Positions 29,629-38,254 of a DNA stretch of 45,467 nucleotides are shown in pieces. The translations under genes and the position numbers were made by a program. The stretch is from Deltaproteobacteria bacterium (GTDB lineage: Bacteria > Myxococcota > JACRCW01). The notes beneath the pieces are model-generated. The model did not search any database and was not told where the DNA came from. It was given only the letters and a program-made list of their open reading frames with translations. How positions within the stretch are numbered: the stretch's first letter is position 1; each line of letters begins with the position of its first letter. Location: assembly GCA_016218805.1 (NCBI GenBank), contig JACRCW010000018.1:1-45467 (forward strand), in the 5' to 3' direction.

Positions 29629-30684
29629 ATGCGCGCCCTCCTCCGCTGCCTGGCGCTTGTTGCCGCGGTCCCCCTGCTGGGCGCCGGCGCGTGTTCCGAA
29701 AACGTGAAGGAGGCCATGGACGTTGACCCCAACGTGGGGAAGGCCGGCCCGGCGCTGGCCACGCGGTTTGTCTCCGCTGACGTCAAGCGCGAGGTGACCA
29801 CGCCGGACGGCGCGCGCTGGCGGCTGGTGGTGCAGGACAAGGTGAGCGCGGTGGGCAACAGCGTGGACCTGTGGCTGAGCCGCGGCGGTGCGGAGGGCAC
29901 CTGGGGCGCGCCGGTGTTCGCGGGGGCCGCGCCGTCGTGCTTTGGGCGGCCGCTCAACCGCACGGACCCCGCGCAGAAGGGCGTGCTGATCTCCACCTGC
30001 TACCTGTCACTGTTTGACGTGGGCGCGGGCTGGATGACGGTGAAGGTCTACCTGGGCGGTACCTGGCAGCACACGCTGCGCCTGCCGGTGGACGCGGCCT
30101 TCAGTGACCAGGACCTGGACGGCTGGTCTGACGCGCTGGAGGCGCTGGTGGGCACGCACCCGCAACAGCCTGATTCCGACGGCGACGGGCGGCCCGACCC
30201 GCAGGATCCCAACCCGCTGGCCGCACCGCTGACCAACCGGGCGACCGAGAAGGAGGACGCCAAGACCGTGCAGTTCAAGGCGCTGGTGGCCGCGGCGGTG
30301 GAGGACCTCCCGGGCTGCCAGCCGGACAAGCCGCTGCTCATCATTGCGCCGGCCGCGGCCCGGCAGAGCTTTCCCATCCGCCCGTGCCTGCAGGTGTTCT
30401 TGGACGACAGCTGGTGGGTGGCCAAGCAGCGCGAACGCCTGCTGCCGCTGGACGGCAAACTCCCCACGGGCCCCGCCGCGGTGGAGGAGGCGGCGTGGGC
30501 GGGCGGCATTGCCCGCGCCAAGGTGGAGGTGAAGCGGGTGGCCCCGCGGGACGCCGAGGTCCACGTGATCAACATGGCGGGCCGGATGGTGAAACACGTG
30601 AGCTGGGAGTCAGGCCGCTGGGTGGTGGATGACCGGCAGTTCCAGGCCGCGCTGGAACCGGTGCCGGAACCACCGCGGCGCTGA
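29629..30684 (+). CDS. Lipoprotein with TSP3-like Ca-binding motif
   Basis: GAGAC lipobox; DQDLDGWSDALE..GTHPQQPDSDGDGRPD. Confidence 0.75.
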   Translation: MRALLRCLALVAAVPLLGAGACSENVKEAMDVDPNVGKAGPALATRFVSADVKREVTTPDGARWRLVVQDKVSAVGNSVDLWLSRGGAEGTWGAPVFAGAAPSCFGRPLNRTDPAQKGVLISTCYLSLFDVGAGWMTVKVYLGGTWQHTLRLPVDAAFSDQDLDGWSDALEALVGTHPQQPDSDGDGRPDPQDPNPLAAPLTNRATEKEDAKTVQFKALVAAAVEDLPGCQPDKPLLIIAPAAARQSFPIRPCLQVFLDDSWWVAKQRERLLPLDGKLPTGPAAVEEAAWAGGIARAKVEVKRVAPRDAEVHVINMAGRMVKHVSWESGRWVVDDRQFQAALEPVPEPPRR

Positions 30685-30736
30685 CGTCGTCCAACCTGCG
30701 GGGCCTGCGGGGCCGGGATAGGATGGCAGCGTCTGC

Positions 30737-32092
30737 ATGGTGCGGGATGGAAGGTCTCCGGGCAGGTGGCGGGAGCGCGTGCGCGTCCTGCGGCGGTCCG
30801 GCTGGGTCCGCGGCGTGCGCGCGGCCGCCGGCCGGGTCCGCCGCGCGTTCCCGCTGACAGCGTTGGGGATGGCGGTGCTGGCGGTGACGGCGGCGGCGTA
30901 CGCCGGCTTTGCGCGGCCGCGGGTGGACTACGTCATCCAGCTGGTGTGCCTGTTGGCGCTGGCGTTGGTGGCGTTGGCGGTGCTGGGCGTGGTGCCCGCG
31001 GCGGTGCGCGTGCTGGTGCTGGCGCGCCGGGCCGGCGCGGCGGCCGGTGCGTTCCAGGTGATGGAGGCCCGGCAGGGATTTGCCTCATTGCTGCGGCTGC
31101 CCGCGCGCGTGCTGCCCAGGGTGGAGGTGCGGTGGCGCTGGGTGGAGCCGCGCGGCTTCCGCGTGGAGGCGGCGGTGGCGGGCCCGTGGCTGGAGGAGCG
31201 CGCATTTGCCACGGCGCGGGCGGACGTGGAGACGGTGGTGCGCGAATGGAGCGTGGAGGACGCCTTTGGCCTGGCCCGCGTGTCCTTCCGGACGCGGCAG
31301 CGGGCCACGGTGCGCGTGCTCCCGTGGCGCGGCGCGCTGCACCTGGCGCCGCTGCTGCAGGCGCTGTCCCGCGGGGAGGACCTGCCGCATCCCGCCGGCA
31401 GCCCCACGGGAGACCGCGCGGACATGCGCCGGTATTCGCCGGGGGACCCGCTGCGGCTGCTGCTTTGGAAGATCTACGCGCGCACCGGGGAGCTGATGGT
31501 GCGCACGCCTGAACAGTCCATCAGCCCGCGCCTGCGCGTGGCGGCCTACCTGGTGGCCGCGGACGGAGACGAACCGCCCGCCGGTGCGGCGCGGCTGGCG
31601 CTGGAAAGCGGCGTGCTGGGTGATGGCTGGCTGTTCAGCGCGGATGGGGCGGCGGAACCGGCGTCCGTCCTGGACGACGCGCTGGCGCTGGTGGCGCGCT
31701 CCGTGGGGTTCCGAAACCGGCCCGCCGGCGAGGCAACGGGGCTGTCCACGTTTGTTGCCGCTGCGGCCGCGCGGGGCCAGCGGCAGTTGCTGGTGTTTGT
31801 TCCCGCGCGGCCCGGGCCGTGGCTGGTGCAGGTGGCGGTGGCGGTGCGGCGCTGGCAGGGACCGGTGACGTGCTGCGTGGCGGCGGACGGCGTGGCGGGC
31901 CAGGTGGCGCGGGCGGCGCGCTGGCTGCGGTTGCCGGCGGACGCGGAGGCGGACGGGCTGTTCCCCGCCACGGCGGACCGCCTGGGCGAAGTGTGTGACA
32001 CGCTGCGCCGCGCGGGTGCGGGCGTGGTGGCGCTGGACCGGGCGCAGGGCCGCGCGCTGGTGGCGGCCGGGACGCAGCGGAGGGCGGCGTGA
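30737..32092 (+). CDS. DUF58 domain membrane protein
   Basis: DAFGL and MRRYSPGDPLRLLLWKIYARTGELMVR motifs; adjacent to MoxR and transglutaminase genes. Confidence 0.88.
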   Translation: MVRDGRSPGRWRERVRVLRRSGWVRGVRAAAGRVRRAFPLTALGMAVLAVTAAAYAGFARPRVDYVIQLVCLLALALVALAVLGVVPAAVRVLVLARRAGAAAGAFQVMEARQGFASLLRLPARVLPRVEVRWRWVEPRGFRVEAAVAGPWLEERAFATARADVETVVREWSVEDAFGLARVSFRTRQRATVRVLPWRGALHLAPLLQALSRGEDLPHPAGSPTGDRADMRRYSPGDPLRLLLWKIYARTGELMVRTPEQSISPRLRVAAYLVAADGDEPPAGAARLALESGVLGDGWLFSADGAAEPASVLDDALALVARSVGFRNRPAGEATGLSTFVAAAAARGQRQLLVFVPARPGPWLVQVAVAVRRWQGPVTCCVAADGVAGQVARAARWLRLPADAEADGLFPATADRLGEVCDTLRRAGAGVVALDRAQGRALVAAGTQRRAA

Positions 32093-34245
32093 ACGCAACG
32101 CTGCGCGCGCTGCTGCACGGGTGCCTGCTGGCCGCGGCGCTGGGGGTGTTTGCCGGGCCGCTGGCCTCCGGCGCCGGGCTGGCCGCGGGCGCGCTGGCAA
32201 CGTTGCTGGGCTGCGTGGTGGCACAGCGCCTGGTGGACCGGCGCTACCGCGCGTGGGTGGGACTGGTGTGGGGCGCGGCGCTGCTGGGCGGCGGGCCGCT
32301 GGTGGCGTGGTGGATCTGCGCGTCAGCGGCACTGGCGGCGGAGGCGGAGCCGCGGCTGCTGATGGCCCTGTCGGACGTGCCGCGCTGGGGGGGCGCGGGC
32401 GCGGGCCTGGCGCTGCTGCTGCGGGTGCCGTCGCTGCGCTGGCGCGCCGCGCTGGTGCGGGAGGGTGGGGTGGTGGTGGCCGCCGTGGCGACGACGGTGG
32501 CGGCGCACCGCGATGGCATGATTGCGCGGCCGCTGGCGGTGTCCGACTTCTTCTGGACGCAGGGGCTGGACCCCGTGGTGGCGTTCCTGGCGTTGGGGAT
32601 GGCGGCGGCGGTGCTGCTGGCCAATGTGCTGGCGCGCGAGCGCAGCCTGGCGCGCGCGGCGCTCCAGCTTGGCCTGGTGCTGCTGCTGGGCTTCCTGGTG
32701 GCGCGCCACATCCACGGTCAGGAGGAGGCCAGCCGCGCGCAGGCAGGCGGCCAGCAGGAGAGCGACGAGGAGGGCCGCGCGCGGCGGGGCCAGGGCGGGC
32801 GGGGCCCGGGACGCAGCGGCGAGGGCCGGGGCGGCTCCCCGCACCAGCTGTCCGACGACGTGCCGCCGCCGCAGTCGCAGCGGGGCGGGAAGAACCGGCC
32901 GGTGGCGGTGGTGGTCTTCCACCGCACGGTGAAGCCGTCCAACGGGCTGTACTACTTCCGGCACACGGCGTTTTCGCAGTTCAACGGCGTGCGGCTGGTG
33001 CAGTCCACGCGGCCGGACGCGGACATTGACGTGCGGCAGGGCTTCCCGTCCACGCCACTGACGCTGGGGAGCGCGCCGCCGCCCACGGACCAGCGCACTG
33101 AGGTGGCCACGGACGTGGCGCTGCTGTCCGAGCACGACAGCGTGTTCATGCTCATTGACCCGCTGGAGCTGTCCCCGCTGGTCAACCCGGACCCCACGCG
33201 GTTCCGCCGCGCGTACCACGTGGTCAGCAGCCAGTTGTCCGGCCCGCTGGATGAGATGATCCGCGCGCGCGCCGGCGAGCGCACCTGGCCGGATGAGCTG
33301 TGGAAGCACTACACCTCCCTCCCGTCGGACCCGCGCTACGGCGAGCTGGCCCGGCAGCTGCGTGACCGCGTCCGCGGCGAATACCGCAAGTCAGCGCTCG
33401 CGCTGGCCTGGAGCATCAAGGACCACCTGGAGAAGACGGCCACGTACTCGTTTGCACGCCGCTACGACGACGCCGAGGATCCCACCGCGGCGTTCCTGTT
33501 CAGCACAGACCGGCGCGGCTACTGCGTGCACCTGGCGCACTCCGCGGCGCTGCTGATGCGTGCGCTCAACCTGCCCGCACGCGTGTCCGCCGGTTACGCG
33601 GTGCCCGCGGAGCGGCTGGGCGAAGGGTCCTCCCTGCTCATCAAGGCGGAGAACGCACACGCCTGGGCGGAGGTGTACCTGCGTGAGCTGGGCTGGGTGC
33701 CGATTGAGGTGACGCCGGAGCGCACGGACGTGGAGTCGCAGCCGTTTGTGGAGAAGGACCTGCAGCAGATGCTGGGCGAGATGGCCCGGCGCCGGCGCGC
33801 CGCCGAGCCGCCTCCTCCCCCTCCACTGCCCTGGCGCACCTGGCTGGCCGCGCTGCGGGAGGCCCTCCCGTGGGCCCTGCTCGCCGCGCTGTTGCTGGCG
33901 TACGCCGTGAAGACCTGGCGGCTGAACGTACCGCGCCTGGTGCGGCGCCGGCGCCCCGCGCGGGCCGCGTACCGCGCCGCGCTGGACCGGCTGTCCGCCG
34001 TCGGGCTCGTGCGGGTCCACGGCGAGACGCGCGAGCGGTTCGCCGCACGCGCCGCGGCGCTGGCCCCCGCGTTTGGCCCGCTCACGGACGACCACCTGGG
34101 CGAGGCACTGGGTTCACGCACGCGCCCGGAGACGGCGCCGGCCCGCACTGCCGTGGTGGTGGGGCGGCAGGTGCGGGCGGGCGTGCCCGCGTGGCGCTGG
34201 GTGCTGGGCGTGCTCAACCCGGTGAGCTGGATGTGGAGCAGGTAG
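32089..34245 (+). CDS. Membrane-anchored transglutaminase-like protein
   Basis: Multiple TM segments; GYCVHLA, PARVSAGY, HAWAEVY, GWVPIEVTP. Confidence 0.9.
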   Translation: MNATLRALLHGCLLAAALGVFAGPLASGAGLAAGALATLLGCVVAQRLVDRRYRAWVGLVWGAALLGGGPLVAWWICASAALAAEAEPRLLMALSDVPRWGGAGAGLALLLRVPSLRWRAALVREGGVVVAAVATTVAAHRDGMIARPLAVSDFFWTQGLDPVVAFLALGMAAAVLLANVLARERSLARAALQLGLVLLLGFLVARHIHGQEEASRAQAGGQQESDEEGRARRGQGGRGPGRSGEGRGGSPHQLSDDVPPPQSQRGGKNRPVAVVVFHRTVKPSNGLYYFRHTAFSQFNGVRLVQSTRPDADIDVRQGFPSTPLTLGSAPPPTDQRTEVATDVALLSEHDSVFMLIDPLELSPLVNPDPTRFRRAYHVVSSQLSGPLDEMIRARAGERTWPDELWKHYTSLPSDPRYGELARQLRDRVRGEYRKSALALAWSIKDHLEKTATYSFARRYDDAEDPTAAFLFSTDRRGYCVHLAHSAALLMRALNLPARVSAGYAVPAERLGEGSSLLIKAENAHAWAEVYLRELGWVPIEVTPERTDVESQPFVEKDLQQMLGEMARRRRAAEPPPPPPLPWRTWLAALREALPWALLAALLLAYAVKTWRLNVPRLVRRRRPARAAYRAALDRLSAVGLVRVHGETRERFAARAAALAPAFGPLTDDHLGEALGSRTRPETAPARTAVVVGRQVRAGVPAWRWVLGVLNPVSWMWSR

Positions 34246-34246
34246 G

Positions 34247-35287
34247 ATGGAGGCCATGGTGACGGACGCAACGCAGACGGAAACCGCCACAATGGCGCCC
34301 CACCCGCTGGACGAGGCGCGCCGCACCGCGGCCGCGCTGATGACCCGCCTCAACACCGCCGTCATCGGCCGGCGTGACGTGGTGGAGTCCATCGTCATCG
34401 CGCTGCTTGCTGACGGGCACGTGCTGCTGGAGGACATGCCCGGCAGCGGCAAGACCACGCTGGCCAAGACGCTGGGCGAATCCATTGTCGACGACCGGGA
34501 CCCCGCGGAGCGCGGCCCCATTGAGAGCTTCCGCCGCATCCAGTTCACGCCGGACCTGCTCCCCTCTGACGTCACCGGCACCACCGTGTTTGCGCCGCAG
34601 CACGGCACCTTCACCTTCAAGCCCGGCCCGGTGTTTGCCCACGTGGTGCTGGCGGACGAGATCAACCGCACCTCCCCCAAGGTGCAGGCGGCCATGCTGG
34701 AGGCCATGGCGGAGAAACAGGTCACCGTGGACAACCGGACCCACCCGCTGGATGCGCTGTTCTTTGTCATTGCCACACAGAACCCGCTGGACCTGGCGGG
34801 CACCTTCCCGCTGCCCGTGGCGCAGTTGGACCGGTTCCTGTTCAAGATCCGCATGACCACCATTGACCGCGCCGCGGAGCTGGAGGTGCTGCGCACGGTG
34901 CAGAGCCGCCGTGAGTTGTCCACCAGCGGTCCGCCGCCCGTCACACGCGGTCAGGTGCTGCGCGCGCGCCTGGCCATGTTGCACGGCGTCACGCTGCACC
35001 CGCTGGTGCAGGAGACGCTGGTGGACACCGGCCGCGCGCTGCGCGCGGACCCGCGCGTGCTGCAGGGCGTGTCCACGCGTTCGCTGGTGCTGTGTCTGCC
35101 CGCGTTGCAGGCGCGCGCGCTGCTGCGGGACCGGGACCACGTCCGCGCGGACGACGTGGAGGCGGTGCTGCCGCTGGTGTTCAACCACCGCGTGGAGCTG
35201 GCCGCGGGCGCCGTGCTCCAGGACGTGCTGCGTGATGCGCTGCGCGCGCCGCTGGAGCGCCTGGCCCGGGCCACGCTGGGGAGCTGA
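34247..35287 (+). CDS. moxR: MoxR family AAA+ ATPase
   Basis: GHVLLEDMPGSGKT, RIQFTPDLLPSDVTG, LADEINR, ATQNP, AQLDRF. Confidence 0.93.
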   Translation: MEAMVTDATQTETATMAPHPLDEARRTAAALMTRLNTAVIGRRDVVESIVIALLADGHVLLEDMPGSGKTTLAKTLGESIVDDRDPAERGPIESFRRIQFTPDLLPSDVTGTTVFAPQHGTFTFKPGPVFAHVVLADEINRTSPKVQAAMLEAMAEKQVTVDNRTHPLDALFFVIATQNPLDLAGTFPLPVAQLDRFLFKIRMTTIDRAAELEVLRTVQSRRELSTSGPPPVTRGQVLRARLAMLHGVTLHPLVQETLVDTGRALRADPRVLQGVSTRSLVLCLPALQARALLRDRDHVRADDVEAVLPLVFNHRVELAAGAVLQDVLRDALRAPLERLARATLGS

Positions 35288-35290
35288 CCG

Positions 35291-37327
35291 GTGCCCGTGG
35301 CCGCCGCGCTCCTGCTGCTGCTTGCCGCGCCGGCCGCGGTGGACCGCGCCGGGCGTGACCCGCGCGGCCTCCCGGAGGTGGAGACGGACTGTGATGGCGC
35401 AGAGCTGTTTGGCGGCACGCGGCTGGAGCGCGGCGGGTGGTGCCAGGCCCGGGAGGGCCGCTACGCGTCCGTGCGTACCCTGGCCGAGACCGCGCTGGCC
35501 GCCGACGAGGACAGCTGGCGCGCCCACGTGCTGCTGGGCCTGGCGCACCACTTTGGCGAGGGCAACCTCCCGCGTGCATTGGTGCACCACAAGACGGCGG
35601 AGGCGCTCTTCCAGCGGGAACACCCCGGCCCGCCGGACCCGTGGACGGGCCCGTGGTTTGTGCACCGCATCAACCTGTTTGAACTGGTCTCACTTCACGG
35701 CGAGATGAACCTGCACACGCAGCAGATTGCGTATGTGGACCGCATGCACGACCGGCTGGGCACCGACTTCCGCGCGCTCAAGGCGTGGCCCTACATCAAG
35801 ATGCGCCGTTTTGAAGACGCGCGCCGCGTCTCCGAGGAGGCCCTGGCGCTCACCGGCGAGGAGAACGAGGAACAGCGCGAGGACGCCCGCACCGCGTTGT
35901 GCGCCGTGGAGAGCGAGTTGCAGAACCGCCAGGGCGCGTACGAGCGCTGCCTGGAGGCGCTGCGGCCGCACTGGCCTGAAGGCACGCGCGGCGGTGTGCA
36001 GCTGGTGAACGCGGCCATTGCCGCGGAGGAGCTGCTGAAGTTTGACGAGAGCGAGCGCTTCCTGCTGGAGGCGTCCCGCCGCGAGGTGGAGGGCACCATC
36101 AACCCGTGGGCGCGGCTGGCCGTGACGTACATGCGCCAGGCGCGCTTCCCTGAAGCGGTCAGCGCCCTGCGCGAGATGCACGCCTACCGCGCCGCGCGCC
36201 CGCCGCACCTGGACCAGCAGGACGACGCGGACCTGGAACTGGTGGGCGCGCAGGCGCTGCTGCTGGCCGGGCGGACCGACGACGCCCAGCGCATCACCGC
36301 GCGCGTGGTGCACCGGCCGGAGCGCCTGGGGTCGTCGTCCGCGGCCATTGAGCAGCATGAGAGCGGCAACTGGGTGATGGACCACCTGGTCCAACTCGTC
36401 GTTGCGCGCGAACTGGAGGAGCAGGCGTCATGGTCCCCGTGGCGTGACGCGCTGGAGCTGCGCGTCACCGCGCTGTGGCACCGCGCGGTGGCGTGGCTGG
36501 ATGCGCGCCGCGCGCAGCGGCTGGTGGGAGTCCATGACATCCTGGCCTCCAGCGTGCGGCCGGACTGCCCCGGCAGCATGGAGGTGCCACCGTGGTTGAA
36601 GGGCGCATTGGTGGGCGCGCTGGGACCGGGCGTGGTGCTGTCCGCGCTGGCCCGCGCCCGCGCGGTGGAGACGCTGCCGGCCACGCAATCTGCGCCGTAT
36701 TTTGACGCGCTGGAGGCGGAGGCCCTGTGGCGCGCCAGTGACGACGAGGAAGCGCTGGCCACCGTGCGCCGGGTGCTGCCGCTGTACACCAGCACCGAGG
36801 TGCTGCTGAGGGCGCGCGTGGCTGCGGTGGGCTCCCAGGCGGCGCTGGCGCTGGGACAGGACGACACGGCCGTGGCGCTGGCGGAGCAGGCGCTGGGCGT
36901 GGACCCCGGCGCGTTCCGACGCATTGGCGGTCGGCTGCCGGTGCAGATTGAATCCGACCAGACACCCGCGGCGATCCGCGCGGCGCAACTGCTGGAGGGG
37001 TCACCGCTGTTCCAACCGCACACGCGCGGGTTGCGGCTGGTGCTGGGGGCGGAGTCCGTGGCGCTGCTGCTGGGTGACGGCAGCGTGGTGGCGGAAGCAG
37101 ACGTGGAGGCGGGTGACGACGAAGATGCGGACGCAGTGGCGCGCCGCATCGCCCGCGCGGCGCACCGCGGGCTCATGTCCGCGCGGGTGGACATCACGCA
37201 GGCGGACATCCGTTCGTTGGACGGCGGGATGGGCGGCGGACGCGGCGCGCGTGAGCGCGTGGACCTGATCATGGACTCGCTCATCCGGTCACGGGCAACC
37301 ACGCCGCCGGCGCGCGGGCCCCAGTGA
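35291..37327 (+). CDS. Exported TPR-like helical repeat protein
   Basis: Signal-like N-terminus; TPR-like helical patterns; 3 nt after the MoxR stop. Confidence 0.7.
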   Translation: MPVAAALLLLLAAPAAVDRAGRDPRGLPEVETDCDGAELFGGTRLERGGWCQAREGRYASVRTLAETALAADEDSWRAHVLLGLAHHFGEGNLPRALVHHKTAEALFQREHPGPPDPWTGPWFVHRINLFELVSLHGEMNLHTQQIAYVDRMHDRLGTDFRALKAWPYIKMRRFEDARRVSEEALALTGEENEEQREDARTALCAVESELQNRQGAYERCLEALRPHWPEGTRGGVQLVNAAIAAEELLKFDESERFLLEASRREVEGTINPWARLAVTYMRQARFPEAVSALREMHAYRAARPPHLDQQDDADLELVGAQALLLAGRTDDAQRITARVVHRPERLGSSSAAIEQHESGNWVMDHLVQLVVARELEEQASWSPWRDALELRVTALWHRAVAWLDARRAQRLVGVHDILASSVRPDCPGSMEVPPWLKGALVGALGPGVVLSALARARAVETLPATQSAPYFDALEAEALWRASDDEEALATVRRVLPLYTSTEVLLRARVAAVGSQAALALGQDDTAVALAEQALGVDPGAFRRIGGRLPVQIESDQTPAAIRAAQLLEGSPLFQPHTRGLRLVLGAESVALLLGDGSVVAEADVEAGDDEDADAVARRIARAAHRGLMSARVDITQADIRSLDGGMGGGRGARERVDLIMDSLIRSRATTPPARGPQ

Positions 37328-37378
37328 TGCGGCCCAGCCACCGCATGGCGGTCCGGCCAGCGGGGCGCGGGCACTCAA

Positions 37379-38254
37379 TCAGAGCGCAGGACCGAACAGC
37401 GCCAGCAGTGCGTGCGCCTGGGGCTCCGTGAGGCCCTGCCGGCGCGCCACCTCCACCGCCGCCACACCCAGGTGAGCGTAGACATGCAGCAGTTCCGGAG
37501 ACGACTTCAGCGCCTCAACGTGCACGCGCACCGTGTTGATGTCACCGCGGGTCACCGGGCCGGTCAGCGCCTGGGTGATGCCCTCGCGGCGGATGTTGCG
37601 CGCGGTGCCCTCCACCAGCGGCCCCAGGATGGTGGCGGCCTGTTCCTCATTGAGGCCAGCCTCGCGCAACAGGCGCGTGGACATGTCCGCCAGCGCCACC
37701 ATGTAGTTGGCCGCAAACACCAGGGCCGCGTGGTAGCGCGGCTTCTGCCCGGGTTCGATGGTCATGGGGTAACCGCCCACGTCCTCCACCAGGCTGCGCA
37801 GCCGCGGCAGCGCCACCGCGTCCCCCTCCACGGCGAAATGCGTGCCCACCTGCAGCGTGGCCTCCTCAGAGAACGAAGCCACCGGGTGCAGCGACCCCAC
37901 ATGCGCGCCGGCGGCGCGCGCGTCCGCCAACACCGCGGAGTCCAGCGCGCCGGCCATGTGCGCCACCACCATCCCGCGCGACACCACGGCTTCCTTCACC
38001 AGCACGCGCGCCATGGCGGGCAGCGCGTCATCCGTGACGGTGAGCAGCAGCAACGACGCACCGGAGGCCGCCATGGGGATGCGGCCGTGGAACGCCGGCG
38101 CCTGCGTCACGCTGCGCGCGCGCGCGGAGGCTGCGGCCGTGCGGTTCCACGTGCCCAGGATGCGGTGCTGGGTGCGCATCAGAGCCTTGGCCAGCGCCAT
38201 GCCCGCGCGCCCCGCACCCACAATGAAGACCTCTTCCACCTGGCTTGCCGTCAT
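37379..38254 (-). CDS. Rossmann-like/DUF2520 oxidoreductase (PanG-like)
   Basis: IVGAGRAG, SLHP, YHAALVFAANY, LTGPVTRGD. Confidence 0.88.
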   Translation of the reverse strand: MTASQVEEVFIVGAGRAGMALAKALMRTQHRILGTWNRTAAASARARSVTQAPAFHGRIPMAASGASLLLLTVTDDALPAMARVLVKEAVVSRGMVVAHMAGALDSAVLADARAAGAHVGSLHPVASFSEEATLQVGTHFAVEGDAVALPRLRSLVEDVGGYPMTIEPGQKPRYHAALVFAANYMVALADMSTRLLREAGLNEEQAATILGPLVEGTARNIRREGITQALTGPVTRGDINTVRVHVEALKSSPELLHVYAHLGVAAVEVARRQGLTEPQAHALLALFGPAL

